Source of the DNA: Candidatus Latescibacterota bacterium
GTDB taxonomy: Bacteria > Latescibacterota > CBDEFO01
Reading direction: 5' to 3'
Length of the DNA stretch: 64,000 nt
Assembly: GCA_965237525.1 (NCBI GenBank)
Contig: CBDEFO010000007.1
Coordinates: forward strand, 256,001-320,000
In this document: in pieces, positions 9,073 to 18,565 of the stretch
Layout of the letters: each line of letters starts with the position of its first letter
Position numbering within the stretch: position 1 is the stretch's first letter
Notes under the pieces: model-generated
The model's input: only the letters and a program-made list of their open reading frames with translations
Told to the model about the DNA's origin: nothing
Database searches by the model: none
Position numbers and translations under genes: made by a program

Positions 9073-10650
9073 TTACTTGGATACAATGTGTTGTGACTCT
9101 AAGATCGCCTGTGCTTCCTCCACACGATCAGAAGGAACTTGCACCACTACTTGGCCCTTCCCTAATCTTCGATGTATTGTTAGACTCGGAGCGGTGGGTC
9201 GGCTGGCTTCCCACAACGCCAAAGTTCCCACTGCACTGATGACTCTATTGGAAAATCCTACAGAGTCGATCCCCGCGTGATGGAGAATCCCCCTTACCAT
9301 TTCTCCGTCTATGTTGGTTTCCCCGGTGAAAACTGGAGCCCAGTCGACGATTTTTTGATTATCGTCTCCCTCAACCTTGGCATACATCTTTAGATGCGTT
9401 CGAACATGCTGGACAGCGTCTATACACACGGCGCTAATAATCAGCAGAGACGGCCCGAAAAATTTGCTCGTGTGAGGACGGACACCTAACCAATTCTCAA
9501 GGGCTAAGGGCGCCGCTGCTATCCCACATAGGAAAATAGCACCGGGCAAGATCGTTCTTTCCATGATTCTGTCAATATAATCTGTCATTTCTTCGTCCGA
9601 GCCCATCTCAGCGATTGCATACCCATATTGTTTAATTCTGTTGACTAAGTCTTTGGGGCTGAAGGTTACTGCGGTATACAGATACGTCAGAAAGATAATC
9701 AGTCCACAGTAGATGATCCAATATAAGACCGACTGCGATTCGATTTTAGGACCTTTAAACGAAAAAATCCAAGTCGTGAACGAGAGTATGAGAAGTTGTG
9801 CGAACTTAATCGGAATGATGCCCACCGCATTCACTCGGAGTGGTATTGTAGGAGCTAAATTTCCGGTACTCCGATTTTGTAAAGTCTGTTTGATATATTG
9901 TAGTGGGATGCTCCTTTTGGCGGATACTATAAAAATCGAAAGTACGATCAGTGCGAGCAGAACTGCGCTTGTAAGTATTTGGGATTGAAGAGCTTGAAGG
10001 AGCGTCTTACCGCTTACCAAGAAAGCGCCATATTCCCTTCTAAAGATATATGGCACCTCGGAGATAATATTCACTATGATCATCAACGCTACGCCATTTG
10101 CGATTCCTCTCTCAGTAATCTGATCTGCTACCCACACGAGGAACATCGTGCCTGATGTTATCGTTAGCACGGCTAATAAACGAAAGACCCACCCGGGGTG
10201 AGGCACTATGGACAAACCGGATCCAGATGGGGATCCTATACTTTCCCAAAAGGTGGCGAGGCTCCATGCTTGCGTTGCACATATCAGGGCGGTCATACCA
10301 TAAATGAGCCGGTCGAATATATTATTTTGTTCAATAGTGCCGTCACGGAGCCGTTTTAAATAGGGAACAACTCCGCTCATAAGAAGAATCAGGATGGAGG
10401 CGCTGATATAGGGCGTTATCCCAAGGGCGAATATAGTCACCTTGGAGAAGTTGCCCCCTGCGAACATATCGTACAGCTCAAATATCCCACTCTTTGGGCC
10501 TGTCCAGTACGCCAGTAGAGCCTTAGAATCAATACCCGGAATTATCACTAATCCCCCAGCCTTGTATATTACCAGCATAGCCAGGGTGAAAAGTATCTTT
10601 TTTCTCAATTGGGGGATCTTAAAGCTATTTTGAAGGCTCTTGAGCAGCAA
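9073..10650 (-). CDS. secY: Divergent SecY paralogue with extra C-terminal soluble domain
   Basis: KIPQLRKKILFT, IFALGITPYISASI, ITERGIANG, IPLRVN, SLLII; no ribosomal-protein genes nearby; about 100 aa extension. Confidence 0.85.
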   Translation of the reverse strand: MLLKSLQNSFKIPQLRKKILFTLAMLVIYKAGGLVIIPGIDSKALLAYWTGPKSGIFELYDMFAGGNFSKVTIFALGITPYISASILILLMSGVVPYLKRLRDGTIEQNNIFDRLIYGMTALICATQAWSLATFWESIGSPSGSGLSIVPHPGWVFRLLAVLTITSGTMFLVWVADQITERGIANGVALMIIVNIISEVPYIFRREYGAFLVSGKTLLQALQSQILTSAVLLALIVLSIFIVSAKRSIPLQYIKQTLQNRSTGNLAPTIPLRVNAVGIIPIKFAQLLILSFTTWIFSFKGPKIESQSVLYWIIYCGLIIFLTYLYTAVTFSPKDLVNRIKQYGYAIAEMGSDEEMTDYIDRIMERTILPGAIFLCGIAAAPLALENWLGVRPHTSKFFGPSLLIISAVCIDAVQHVRTHLKMYAKVEGDDNQKIVDWAPVFTGETNIDGEMVRGILHHAGIDSVGFSNRVISAVGTLALWEASRPTAPSLTIHRRLGKGQVVVQVPSDRVEEAQAILESQHIVSK

Positions 10651-10714
10651 CTACATCACCTCGATGCTTCCGCATACCGCAAGAAGTCAAGAACTTTTTG
10701 CGGTCTCCTTTCCA

Positions 10715-10939
10715 TCAAAACTGCCTCTTAGCGTCTTCTAAAGTTGTCTTTTGTTGTTCTCTATGGACCCAGTTGGAATCAGAGTCTCGCTTCAGTTTCA
10801 AGGGATCGGAAAAGTATCTCATAACCAGTCCAATAGGGGTTGCGAAGATGAAGTAAATGAGGGTGAGTATAACTCTCGCCTGGAAATTTCCTATTTTCTC
10901 TGCGATTATCTTCCATTTTTGCCAGAGCCTTTTAAGCAT
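10715..10939 (-). CDS. Small membrane protein, SxtJ-like
   Basis: IGNFQARVILTLIYFIFATPIGL..DPL..SNW..QF pattern. Confidence 0.7.
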   Translation of the reverse strand: MLKRLWQKWKIIAEKIGNFQARVILTLIYFIFATPIGLVMRYFSDPLKLKRDSDSNWVHREQQKTTLEDAKRQF

Positions 10940-10941
10940 CT

Positions 10942-11451
10942 TTAGCCCTTCCAGTTATTTTTCCCAACCGCCAATAGTGCAGATCGAATAAGTTGGGCGA
11001 TCTCATTTCCATTCGTCAGAGGACGACGCTCCGAAACAAACCGGCTAGATCCAATGGGGTCTCCGGCATACCGCGGAAAGAACTGGAAGTGTAAGTGGTT
11101 TATCTCACCGTCGCACATTGTGTTCAAGTAGACCTTTTCCGCGCCTAAAGCCTTCTTGATGGCGTTAACAACCTTGACACACATTTGGAAGACACGACAG
11201 GCCTCGTCCGCTGACAGGAAGGACATGTCCTTACGATGTGGTTTATAGACCAAGATTGTGTGCCCCTTCATTTGAGGATAAGACTCCAACACCACCTTAA
11301 AAAGATTATCCTCGTACACAATGTGCTGATCACGAAAGACCCGACGCGTTTCTAGGTCATAGCAGACGTAACAGACGCCCTGCCGTTTCAGTTCCTCAAT
11401 TCCATGAAGCAACTGCTTACGTTCTTGCTTCCAGTCGTTGGGATTGCTCAT
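10942..11451 (-). CDS. HIT family protein
   Basis: CYVC, GHTILV, HLHFQFFPRY (third His replaced by Gln). Confidence 0.8.
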   Translation of the reverse strand: MSNPNDWKQERKQLLHGIEELKRQGVCYVCYDLETRRVFRDQHIVYEDNLFKVVLESYPQMKGHTILVYKPHRKDMSFLSADEACRVFQMCVKVVNAIKKALGAEKVYLNTMCDGEINHLHFQFFPRYAGDPIGSSRFVSERRPLTNGNEIAQLIRSALLAVGKNNWKG

Positions 11452-12500
11452 CGCACTCCAAAGTCTAACTTCCCGTTCAGTCCGTCCGTATGTCTGTATT
11501 GCAATTTGCGATCTTTGATGAAGAATATGAGGGCTTCTGCCTTTTCGATATCCTCTATGAGTTCGATGCCCCTTTGTGGACCCATCACGAAGGCGGCTGT
11601 AGATAAGATGTCGGCCTCAAGAGCACTTTCCGCCCAGACAGTTGCACTTACGGACCTGTCGGAAGGATAGCCGGTTTTGGGATCCAGGATGTGGTGGTAT
11701 CTCTTTCCGTCCTGTTCGAAGAACTTCTCGTAGTCGCCCGATGTGGCTACGCATTCCAGATTAACTCCATAAACGCCTATTAGGGTGTCCGGGTCCCTGG
11801 GATGTTGCACGTAGACTCTCCACTTACTTCCATCGGGCTTGACGCCAAAGAAACCTATATCTCCTCCCGCCTCTATGAGGGCACCTTGAACTCCGCTTTG
11901 TTCAAGGACAGATAGGGCCTTATCCACTGCATAGCCCTTAGCGACAGCAGAAAGGTCGATTTGTGCTCCTGCTGTGATGCTAATACTATTACCTTCTATA
12001 TGAATATTTTCGTATCCGACCGATGTGAGCGCCTTGTCGATTTCGTGAGGAGCAGGGACTTTTGGAGGGACAACTTCTGCATTACGTTCTGAGTGGTGCG
12101 ACCACTGCGGAGAAAACCCCCATAGCCTTCCGAGAGAGCCGACAGTTATGTCGAAAGCTCCATTTGTAAGCTGCGCGGCTTTCTGGGATTCAGTTACAAC
12201 GTATAACAGTTCTTCGGAGACTGGGACAGGTCCATCTTGGGCTTTCGAGTTGATGAGCCAGAGTTCGCTCTTGTCCGAGTGGAAGCTCATCTTCTCTTCG
12301 ATCCTCTGGATCTCTCGAAAGGCGCTGTCAATGAGTTTTAACGCCTGCTCCTGGTCCTCTTCTGATACTGTGACCGCCACGAGTGTCCCCATCAGCGGAC
12401 GGAGGGCAGTTTCAGGGGACTTATCTCTTAATTTCCATTTCAACAGAACCGCTGCTAACAGAGCCACAAAGATGCAGATAAATATTTTAGCTTTAGGCAT
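11448..12500 (-). CDS. apbE: FAD:protein FMN transferase
   Basis: LMGT, GAFDITVG, DLSAVAKGYAVD, ATSGDYE, YHHILDPKTGYP, ADILSTA. Start set at ATG 12500 because the longer ORF begins inside a repeat. Confidence 0.92.
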   Translation of the reverse strand: MPKAKIFICIFVALLAAVLLKWKLRDKSPETALRPLMGTLVAVTVSEEDQEQALKLIDSAFREIQRIEEKMSFHSDKSELWLINSKAQDGPVPVSEELLYVVTESQKAAQLTNGAFDITVGSLGRLWGFSPQWSHHSERNAEVVPPKVPAPHEIDKALTSVGYENIHIEGNSISITAGAQIDLSAVAKGYAVDKALSVLEQSGVQGALIEAGGDIGFFGVKPDGSKWRVYVQHPRDPDTLIGVYGVNLECVATSGDYEKFFEQDGKRYHHILDPKTGYPSDRSVSATVWAESALEADILSTAAFVMGPQRGIELIEDIEKAEALIFFIKDRKLQYRHTDGLNGKLDFGVR

Positions 12501-13015
12501 CCCTATTGTATTAAGTAGCTTGACAAAATTTATCGGATATAAGTAAACAGGAACCTCCCTTGAGATTGCTTCGGGGGGAGCGCCCCTCGCAATGACCAAA
12601 GGACCAAGACAAGCAATCTCCGTTAGACTGCTTCCCCCTCCGTATGCTGCTACTATTTTGGATCTCTATAATCACCTCCAGATTATTTTGACCTGATACT
12701 TAATTACAGATTGTGACATATGGTCTGTAGTGTAGCCAAAGGCACGCTGAGAGCGGGTTAAGGCGAAGTAGGTTTCTGCTCTGGTTTATCATTTTGTCTG
12801 GCATTGCTGTCAAAGGACGGTTCGATTTGGTTGTTGTCCGTGGCTATTTGAACACCGACCTGATTATAGACCTGTTGCTGATCCAGGTCAAATTCTTCAA
12901 TCAAGCTTAGTCGGGAAATTGAAAACTAAAAAACCAGGCCCATAGGACGTGGGTTTCTATGTTCCACTAAAAATTTAACTTGCAATACAGATGGCGTTAT
13001 CTTCGATGACATCGC

Positions 13016-13339
13016 CTATTCCATGAAAAAGTACTGTTGCAGCCAGGTCAGACCGCCACCTTGTCCGCTTACGAGATCATCGGACTCGAAGAACTTCGCC
13101 ATCTTTGCCTCCCATTTTCGGCTGATCTTCCACTCGTCAAGTCGCTGAAAAATCCCGTCTAAGTTGTCCGCTTCGAGATAGCCGATGAGCAATCCATCGG
13201 GCCGGTAGAACAACGAGTAGTTTCGTATTCCCACATCGCGCATGGCCTCGATCAGCTCAGGCCAGACGCCCTGATGGACTTCGAGATATTCCTCGAGCAG
13301 TTCCTTCTTAACTTGCAGCGAAAAGCATCCGCGTTTCAT
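13016..13339 (-). CDS. L-rhamnose mutarotase family protein
   Basis: EEYLEVHQGVWPEL, GIRNYSLF, LIGYLE, KWEAKM. Confidence 0.88.
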   Translation of the reverse strand: MKRGCFSLQVKKELLEEYLEVHQGVWPELIEAMRDVGIRNYSLFYRPDGLLIGYLEADNLDGIFQRLDEWKISRKWEAKMAKFFESDDLVSGQGGGLTWLQQYFFME

Positions 13340-14176
13340 TCTTTCGCACCTTGTAATAAATCACGCAGCAAAATCGTTTCGGAGAGCGTGTCGACCTCAT
13401 TGCTAGGCTCCACATCGAAATATTCAAATTCAAGGCAAATGTACCCCGAATGCTTACAGCGACTCATCGTCTGCAATACGCGTTGGTAATGGATGGTGCT
13501 GTCCTTCAACGGTGTCTGATTACGCTCATTATAGGCGCCTCGGGCGTGGAAGTGGGAGGCATAACTGATGAGAGGCTCGATTTCACGATCGAAGAAGCTC
13601 TGGCACACAAAGTGGGAGTAGTCGAGCGTGAGCGTCAGGCCGGGCGTCAGCTTGACCAGTTGCTCCGCCTCTTTCGGCGTTGGAACAATAGATCCCACAT
13701 GCGGCTCAACGGAGAATACGACTCCCACCTGCTTTGCCTGTTCCAATCGCCAGGCCAATTCTTCCGCACTACGTTGCAGCGAATCTTTATGCGACTCTTT
13801 GTCCCAGTGAACGCCCGGCAGAGCGCTCATGTGGCGCCCGTTGCAGCGAACCGTGCACTCCAACACCCGCTGAAACGTGTCGCGAGATCGGCGACGGATA
13901 TTGGGGTCTGTGTGATTGGCCGCCATGGCCTCAACCGCCCCTGGTATCAGAAAGATATCCGATAGCTCCAGGCCGCACTGCTCAAGCTTGGCGGAAAGAT
14001 CGCAAGCCGCCTTGGGGACGTTCCTCACAATGTCCTTTGGCTGGACGTGCGAGCCGTCTGCAAAGACCCCGATGTCAACGCCCTCAAAACCCCAACTTCG
14101 CGATCAGATCCAGCGCATGCTCGAAAGGCAGCAGTGGAAAGGTAAAATCGGTACAAGCAAGCTTGAATTTCTTCAT
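13336..14176 (-). pseudogene. Sugar phosphate isomerase/epimerase (xylose-isomerase-like TIM barrel), +1 frameshift near 14086-14089
   Basis: ATG 14176 gives MKKFKLACTDFTFPLLPFEHALDLIAKLGF then TGA; removing one base of the A4 run joins EGVDIG.. to the ORF with VEPH, LDYSH, HFHARG, LEFE. Span is 3n+1. May be a sequencing error. Confidence 0.8.
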
Positions 14177-14324
14177 CCTGACTACCGATATCGAATCCTC
14201 CGTTGGTCGGCGTAAACCACAGTCTCACCAAATGACCGCGTTGCTGTTGGTACGCGCAGATTTGCATGCCGTTTCAATGATCTTCATCGCACTGAGACAG
14301 AGTATCACCGGCGAGCGGTTGAGT

Positions 14325-14369
14325 GTTCGCGGGCAGTGAAAGTCATTTCACTGCACATCGAACTTTTTT
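14325..14369. terminator. Stem-loop with T run between the ridA-like gene and the isomerase
   Basis: GTTCG..GCAGTGAAA-gtca-TTTCACTGC..CGAAC-TTTTTT; the T run lies on the + strand although the flanking genes are on -. Confidence 0.4.
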
Positions 14370-14388
14370 CATCATGCGGACGTCTCGC

Positions 14389-14763
14389 TTATGAGAGCAC
14401 CGCGATGCACGAAACTTCTACCCTCAAGTTGAAGGCTAATTTGCTAACCCCGACGGTGGCTCGTGCCGGCAGCCCACTGGTGCCGAAGTACTCGCTGTAG
14501 ACCTCGTTCATCTCATTGTAGTCGCCTTCCAGGTCAGACATATATATGTTGACCATCGTGACATCGTCCAGTGTAGCTCCGGCCTCCGCCAGTACTTCTT
14601 TAACATATTCCATGGTCTGACGCATCTCTGGCCCAACTCCTCCAGGCACCGGTTTATCGTTTCTGTCTAGGCCCAATTGGCCAGAGACAAACACCATATT
14701 CCCGCACCGCGTGCCGCGGCTGTAGGGCTTTCCAGCTACTTCGCTTAGGATCTCTCGTGGCAT
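14389..14763 (-). CDS. RidA/YjgF/Rid family protein
   Basis: PYS, VFVSGQ, MNEVYSEYF, PARATVGV, VEVSCIA. Confidence 0.92.
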   Translation of the reverse strand: MPREILSEVAGKPYSRGTRCGNMVFVSGQLGLDRNDKPVPGGVGPEMRQTMEYVKEVLAEAGATLDDVTMVNIYMSDLEGDYNEMNEVYSEYFGTSGLPARATVGVSKLAFNLRVEVSCIAVLS

Positions 14764-14800
14764 TGCTATTATCTCCTGTTGGAGAAAGTCAGCCCCCGAC

Positions 14801-14821
14801 CCCCAATAGATTCAATTGGGG
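14801..14821. repeat. Family A element, compensatory variant
   Basis: CCCCAATAGATTCAATTGGGG within CCGAC..GTCGG. Confidence 0.85.
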
Positions 14822-14851
14822 GTCGGTTCTCCTTCTGTCTTGAACACAGAC

Positions 14852-15847
14852 TCACCACTTCCACTTCTCCTTTAATTCGTCATTGACGACCGCACCTTCC
14901 GGCCATTTTCCCCGAGATAGGTCGATGATACATTGGGCGGCTTCGATGCCCATGTTTTCCATTGCCAGGGTGTCGTTGCCAGCGATGTGTGGGCAGACGA
15001 CGACGTTGTCGAACTGAAACAGGGGGTTGTTAGCATCGGTCGGCTGCTGTTCAAAGGCGTCGAGTCCAGCGCCGCCCAAGTGACCGGACTTCAGCGCATC
15101 CACCAAATCGCCCTCGACCACTAACCGGCCGCGGGCAGTGTTGATTAGCACGCTGCCCGGCTTCATCTTTGCGAGCTTTTCCCCGTCGATCATGCCGCAG
15201 GTCTCGTCTGTCAGCGGGCAGTGCAGGCTGACGTAGTCGGCGCGCGCAAGTAGCGTGTCGAGGTCAACGAATTCGATGTCATGTTGATCAGCAAATTCCT
15301 TATCCGGGTATATTTCCGCGGCGATGACGTTCATTCGCAGAGCCAACGCCCGAACAGCCGTGCTGCGGCCGATGCGGCCCAGACCGATGATTCCCAACGT
15401 CTTGCCTCGCACCGGCGCGATAGGGTTGCTGGGCCACCCGCCCGCCCGCATTGCCCTGTCGTTGGGGACGATCCATTTGGCAAGCGCTAACAGTAACGTA
15501 AGGGTGTGCTCCGCGACCGCCTCATGATTCGCATTTGGCGTAATAGTGACGACAACGCCGCGGGCCGTCGCAGCTGCAATATCGACCTGGTCGAACCCAA
15601 CTCCGGCCCGCGCAATGACGCACAATTCCGGCAACGCCGCCAGCACCCGTTCCGTGTAAGCCTCCCCCCAGGCAATAACCGCCGCCACTTTGCACAACAT
15701 CTGGATCGTCTCCTCTTCACTGCCTAAGCCGTGCGCAAAGCGACGGTCTTTAACCAAGCGAACTTCGAAGCCAGCATCCCAAAGCATGTCCAAGCAGGGC
15801 GCGGATTCGTCCAGAGTTCCATCGGAGCTAATCAGTACTGTCGACAT
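14852..15847 (-). CDS. D-isomer-specific 2-hydroxyacid dehydrogenase (SerA-like)
   Basis: RAGVGFD, AVAEH, GLGRIG, INTARG, GLDAFEQQP, CPHIAG. Confidence 0.9.
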   Translation of the reverse strand: MSTVLISSDGTLDESAPCLDMLWDAGFEVRLVKDRRFAHGLGSEEETIQMLCKVAAVIAWGEAYTERVLAALPELCVIARAGVGFDQVDIAAATARGVVVTITPNANHEAVAEHTLTLLLALAKWIVPNDRAMRAGGWPSNPIAPVRGKTLGIIGLGRIGRSTAVRALALRMNVIAAEIYPDKEFADQHDIEFVDLDTLLARADYVSLHCPLTDETCGMIDGEKLAKMKPGSVLINTARGRLVVEGDLVDALKSGHLGGAGLDAFEQQPTDANNPLFQFDNVVVCPHIAGNDTLAMENMGIEAAQCIIDLSRGKWPEGAVVNDELKEKWKW

Positions 15848-15892
15848 AATGACTCACCGTTGTTAGCCCGATTAATTCATAAACTTGGTGGA

Positions 15893-16033
15893 GTCATTGC
15901 GAGGAGCAAAGCGGTCCCCGATTGAGTCTATCGGGGAAGCAATCTCAAGGTTTTATAGTGGTCTCCTATGAGAGCCGGAGAGTATTACATCTACCACAGA
16001 ATCGAGATTGCTTCGCCTTCGGCTCGCAAGGAC
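15893..16033. repeat. Family C palindromic element (GTCATTGCGAG..AAGCAATCTC..GAGATTGCTTC..CTCGCAA(T/G)GAC)
   Basis: Related copies at 3787-3915, 12562-12620 and 49033-49100. Confidence 0.8.
15916..15936. repeat. Family A element nested in family C
   Basis: CCCCGATTGAGTCTATCGGGG. Confidence 0.85.
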
Positions 16034-16115
16034 ACCGAAGGTGGTAAAACAGCATAACTATAATATATTACAATCACTTAATTAATACACGTCCTTTTTT
16101 TGTGAATTATTCGGG

Positions 16116-17129
16116 TTAGTTCTTTCTTTTAATTAATTTCTTTAGAGAGGGGCAATCCAGCGGAACGAGGCCGTGCTTGCCACCGGCCGACCAGGTGACC
16201 TCACCCACATATACGCTGCCTTGCGAATCGACCCAAATGTCGTGCGGCGCGTAGAAGTCACTGGGCGCACACGGATGGTCGCCGCCGCCCCAGCGGGTTT
16301 GCAGCTCGCCGTCGCGATTGAACACGCTTACCCGCCCGCCGGTGGACTTAGGGTCGGGTGTCATCCAGGGAAAGAGCCCACACCGCCGGCCGACCTCAGC
16401 GACGAACACGTTGTCCTCAGAGTCAATAAAGAGCTCGCATGGCCTCACGACTTGCGTCCACTCGCTGAGAAACTCGCCGTCAGGCGTGAATATCTGCAGC
16501 CGGTTATTCTCGCGGTCGGCCACAAAAACCCTGCCAGTGCTGTCCACACCGATTCCGTGTGGCACGTGGAACTGGCCCGGTCCGTCACCCGACTCTCCCC
16601 ATGAAAACAGGAGTTCCCCGTCGGGGGAGAACCTGTGGATGCGGGCGTTGCCGTAGCCATCGCTGACGTACATCTCACCTTCTACCGAAAGCGCCAGGTT
16701 CGTCGGGTAATTGAAAGGAGGTCCAGGCTGTTTCATCGTGCGGTAGTCAAAATTCACCACTCCCGTATCACTCGGACAGCCGCTCGTTCCGAGTGTCAGT
16801 ATCACGTCTCCGCTGAGGGTGCACTTGCGGACCGTGTGGTCGAAGTCATCGGTAAAATACAACATGTCGTCCGTCCCGATCCAGATCCCGTGTGCTCTGG
16901 CGAACAGATCTTCTCCCCAGTCGTGTAAGAACTTTCCGTCGCGATCCAAGACGATGACCGGATGCTCGCCGCGGTTGAAGACGTACACTCGATCCTGTGA
17001 GTCAGTGGCGACCCCAGCCACATCAGCGTTGCTCAAAGCCGTGGGAAGTTGTCCCCAGCCGGGAACGACCTCGTACTGAAAGTTTCCGCCACCGACGAAC
17101 GTTTCGTCAGATCTGCTACTTGTTTCCAC
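16116..17129 (-). CDS. NHL-repeat beta-propeller, peptidyl-alpha-hydroxyglycine lyase-like
   Basis: Repeated PHG/VADRENNRLQIF blades, SDGYGNARIH; GTG start. Confidence 0.85.
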   Translation of the reverse strand: METSSRSDETFVGGGNFQYEVVPGWGQLPTALSNADVAGVATDSQDRVYVFNRGEHPVIVLDRDGKFLHDWGEDLFARAHGIWIGTDDMLYFTDDFDHTVRKCTLSGDVILTLGTSGCPSDTGVVNFDYRTMKQPGPPFNYPTNLALSVEGEMYVSDGYGNARIHRFSPDGELLFSWGESGDGPGQFHVPHGIGVDSTGRVFVADRENNRLQIFTPDGEFLSEWTQVVRPCELFIDSEDNVFVAEVGRRCGLFPWMTPDPKSTGGRVSVFNRDGELQTRWGGGDHPCAPSDFYAPHDIWVDSQGSVYVGEVTWSAGGKHGLVPLDCPSLKKLIKRKN

Positions 17130-17438
17130 GGTAGTTGCACCTCGTAAGTCTAACTAATCCAGGACCACGTAGGATTAGACACAGCGTTACCGTCGAAGCA
17201 ATAGACCGCACCGAAGTGCCCCTGTCATTAGCGGTGTTTCTCTTGATAGAAGCTCGAGTTTCATGGATGATCTTACTTCATAAACGTCGCTATATGTGGG
17301 CTGTGCTCTCAGCCCTGACCTTGTAGGTAATAGACAGTAGACAGCATACAGGGACTCCCCCTGCTCCTCCCCGACTACTGTCTATGGATGGGAGATGGTG
17401 CCCCTGTCTACTGTTTGCTGTTTACTTGCATTTGGGGA

Positions 17439-18410
17439 TCAACTGCGCCGTTGGGTCACGTATCTGACAGCTTCTTTAAGCGTATCCACAGCTTCCGATT
17501 CTTCAAAATATTCCAACCGGCTTACAGCCATCTGGACAAGTCTGCCGGCTTTTTCCCTGGCGTAGTCTATACCGCCCTTGGCATTGACAAAATCTATTAG
17601 GTCTTTCCAATCGTCAGATCCTTCAAGGCCGTTCTGGATCTTTTGCTTTATTTCATCAGCCTCTCCGTCCCTGCAATTGGAAAACGCTCTGATGAGGGGA
17701 AGCGTAACTTTGCCGTCTTTAATGTCGTGACCCACCGGTTTTCCCACGACGCTCGAATCTCCTGTGAAATCCAGAAGATCATCTGTTATCTGGTAGGCCA
17801 ATCCGAGGTCCTCTCCGTACTTGGTCATAACCTCGATACTGTCAGGCGAAGCTCCGCCTAGGATAGCCCCGGACCTGGTGGCTGCGGACAGGAGCGAAGC
17901 GGTCTTATCACTTATGATCTGGAAATAGGTCTGCTCGCTCATGTCCAGTTTGAGTTTCTGCTCAATCTCCAGGATTTCGCCTCTGGAGATGCGTTCTGTA
18001 GCTGTGGATATGGCCCTGTTGACCGTGTTGGAACCTATGTCCACAAGAAGACATAATGCTTTTGAAAAGAGAAAGTCGCCCATAAGGACGGAGACCTGAT
18101 TGTCCCAAATGGAGTTGACCGAACGACCGCCCCTTCTCATCTGAGAAGAGTCTATCACATCGTCGTGAGTGAGGGTCGCTGTGTGTATGAGTTCGACTAC
18201 TACAGCCGCATCTACGACAGAAGCATTTATCTTTCCGGCGGCTTTGGCTGTCAGCAGGGTCAAAGCAGGACGGAACCTCTTGCCCCTGATCAATAGCAGG
18301 TATTGGGCTATCTGATGGACCAGATTGACTTCAGAACTGAGGGCGTCTTTGAGGCGCTCTTCAAAGAGTTCCATCTCAGCCCTTATGGGCTCAATTATTC
18401 TTTCCAGCAT
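17439..18410 (-). CDS. Polyprenyl diphosphate synthase (IspB-like)
   Basis: GKRFRP, HDDVID..RRG, GDFL, KTA, YQITDDLLD, GKP. Confidence 0.93.
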   Translation of the reverse strand: MLERIIEPIRAEMELFEERLKDALSSEVNLVHQIAQYLLLIRGKRFRPALTLLTAKAAGKINASVVDAAVVVELIHTATLTHDDVIDSSQMRRGGRSVNSIWDNQVSVLMGDFLFSKALCLLVDIGSNTVNRAISTATERISRGEILEIEQKLKLDMSEQTYFQIISDKTASLLSAATRSGAILGGASPDSIEVMTKYGEDLGLAYQITDDLLDFTGDSSVVGKPVGHDIKDGKVTLPLIRAFSNCRDGEADEIKQKIQNGLEGSDDWKDLIDFVNAKGGIDYAREKAGRLVQMAVSRLEYFEESEAVDTLKEAVRYVTQRRS

Positions 18411-18565
18411 ATACGTATAGTGTACGCCTTTAAGTTAAAGGGTACGCCTTTAAATTAAAAGGATGAACAACGCAGAAATCATAACTTAACAAAAAATTCT
18501 CACCTTGTCAAATGAAATTCCTCCTGCAAGGTAAAGAAAATTCGGACTATCAATCGAAAACAGGA

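Noticed and set aside
12501..12599. N-terminal extension of ApbE in the ORF track
   Set aside because: It starts inside a family C repeat; ATG 12500 gives a normal membrane-anchor start.
12725..12835. tRNA-like fragments (GGTTAAGGCG, GGTTCGATT)
   Set aside because: The spacing is wrong and I could not fold an acceptor stem or anticodon arm.
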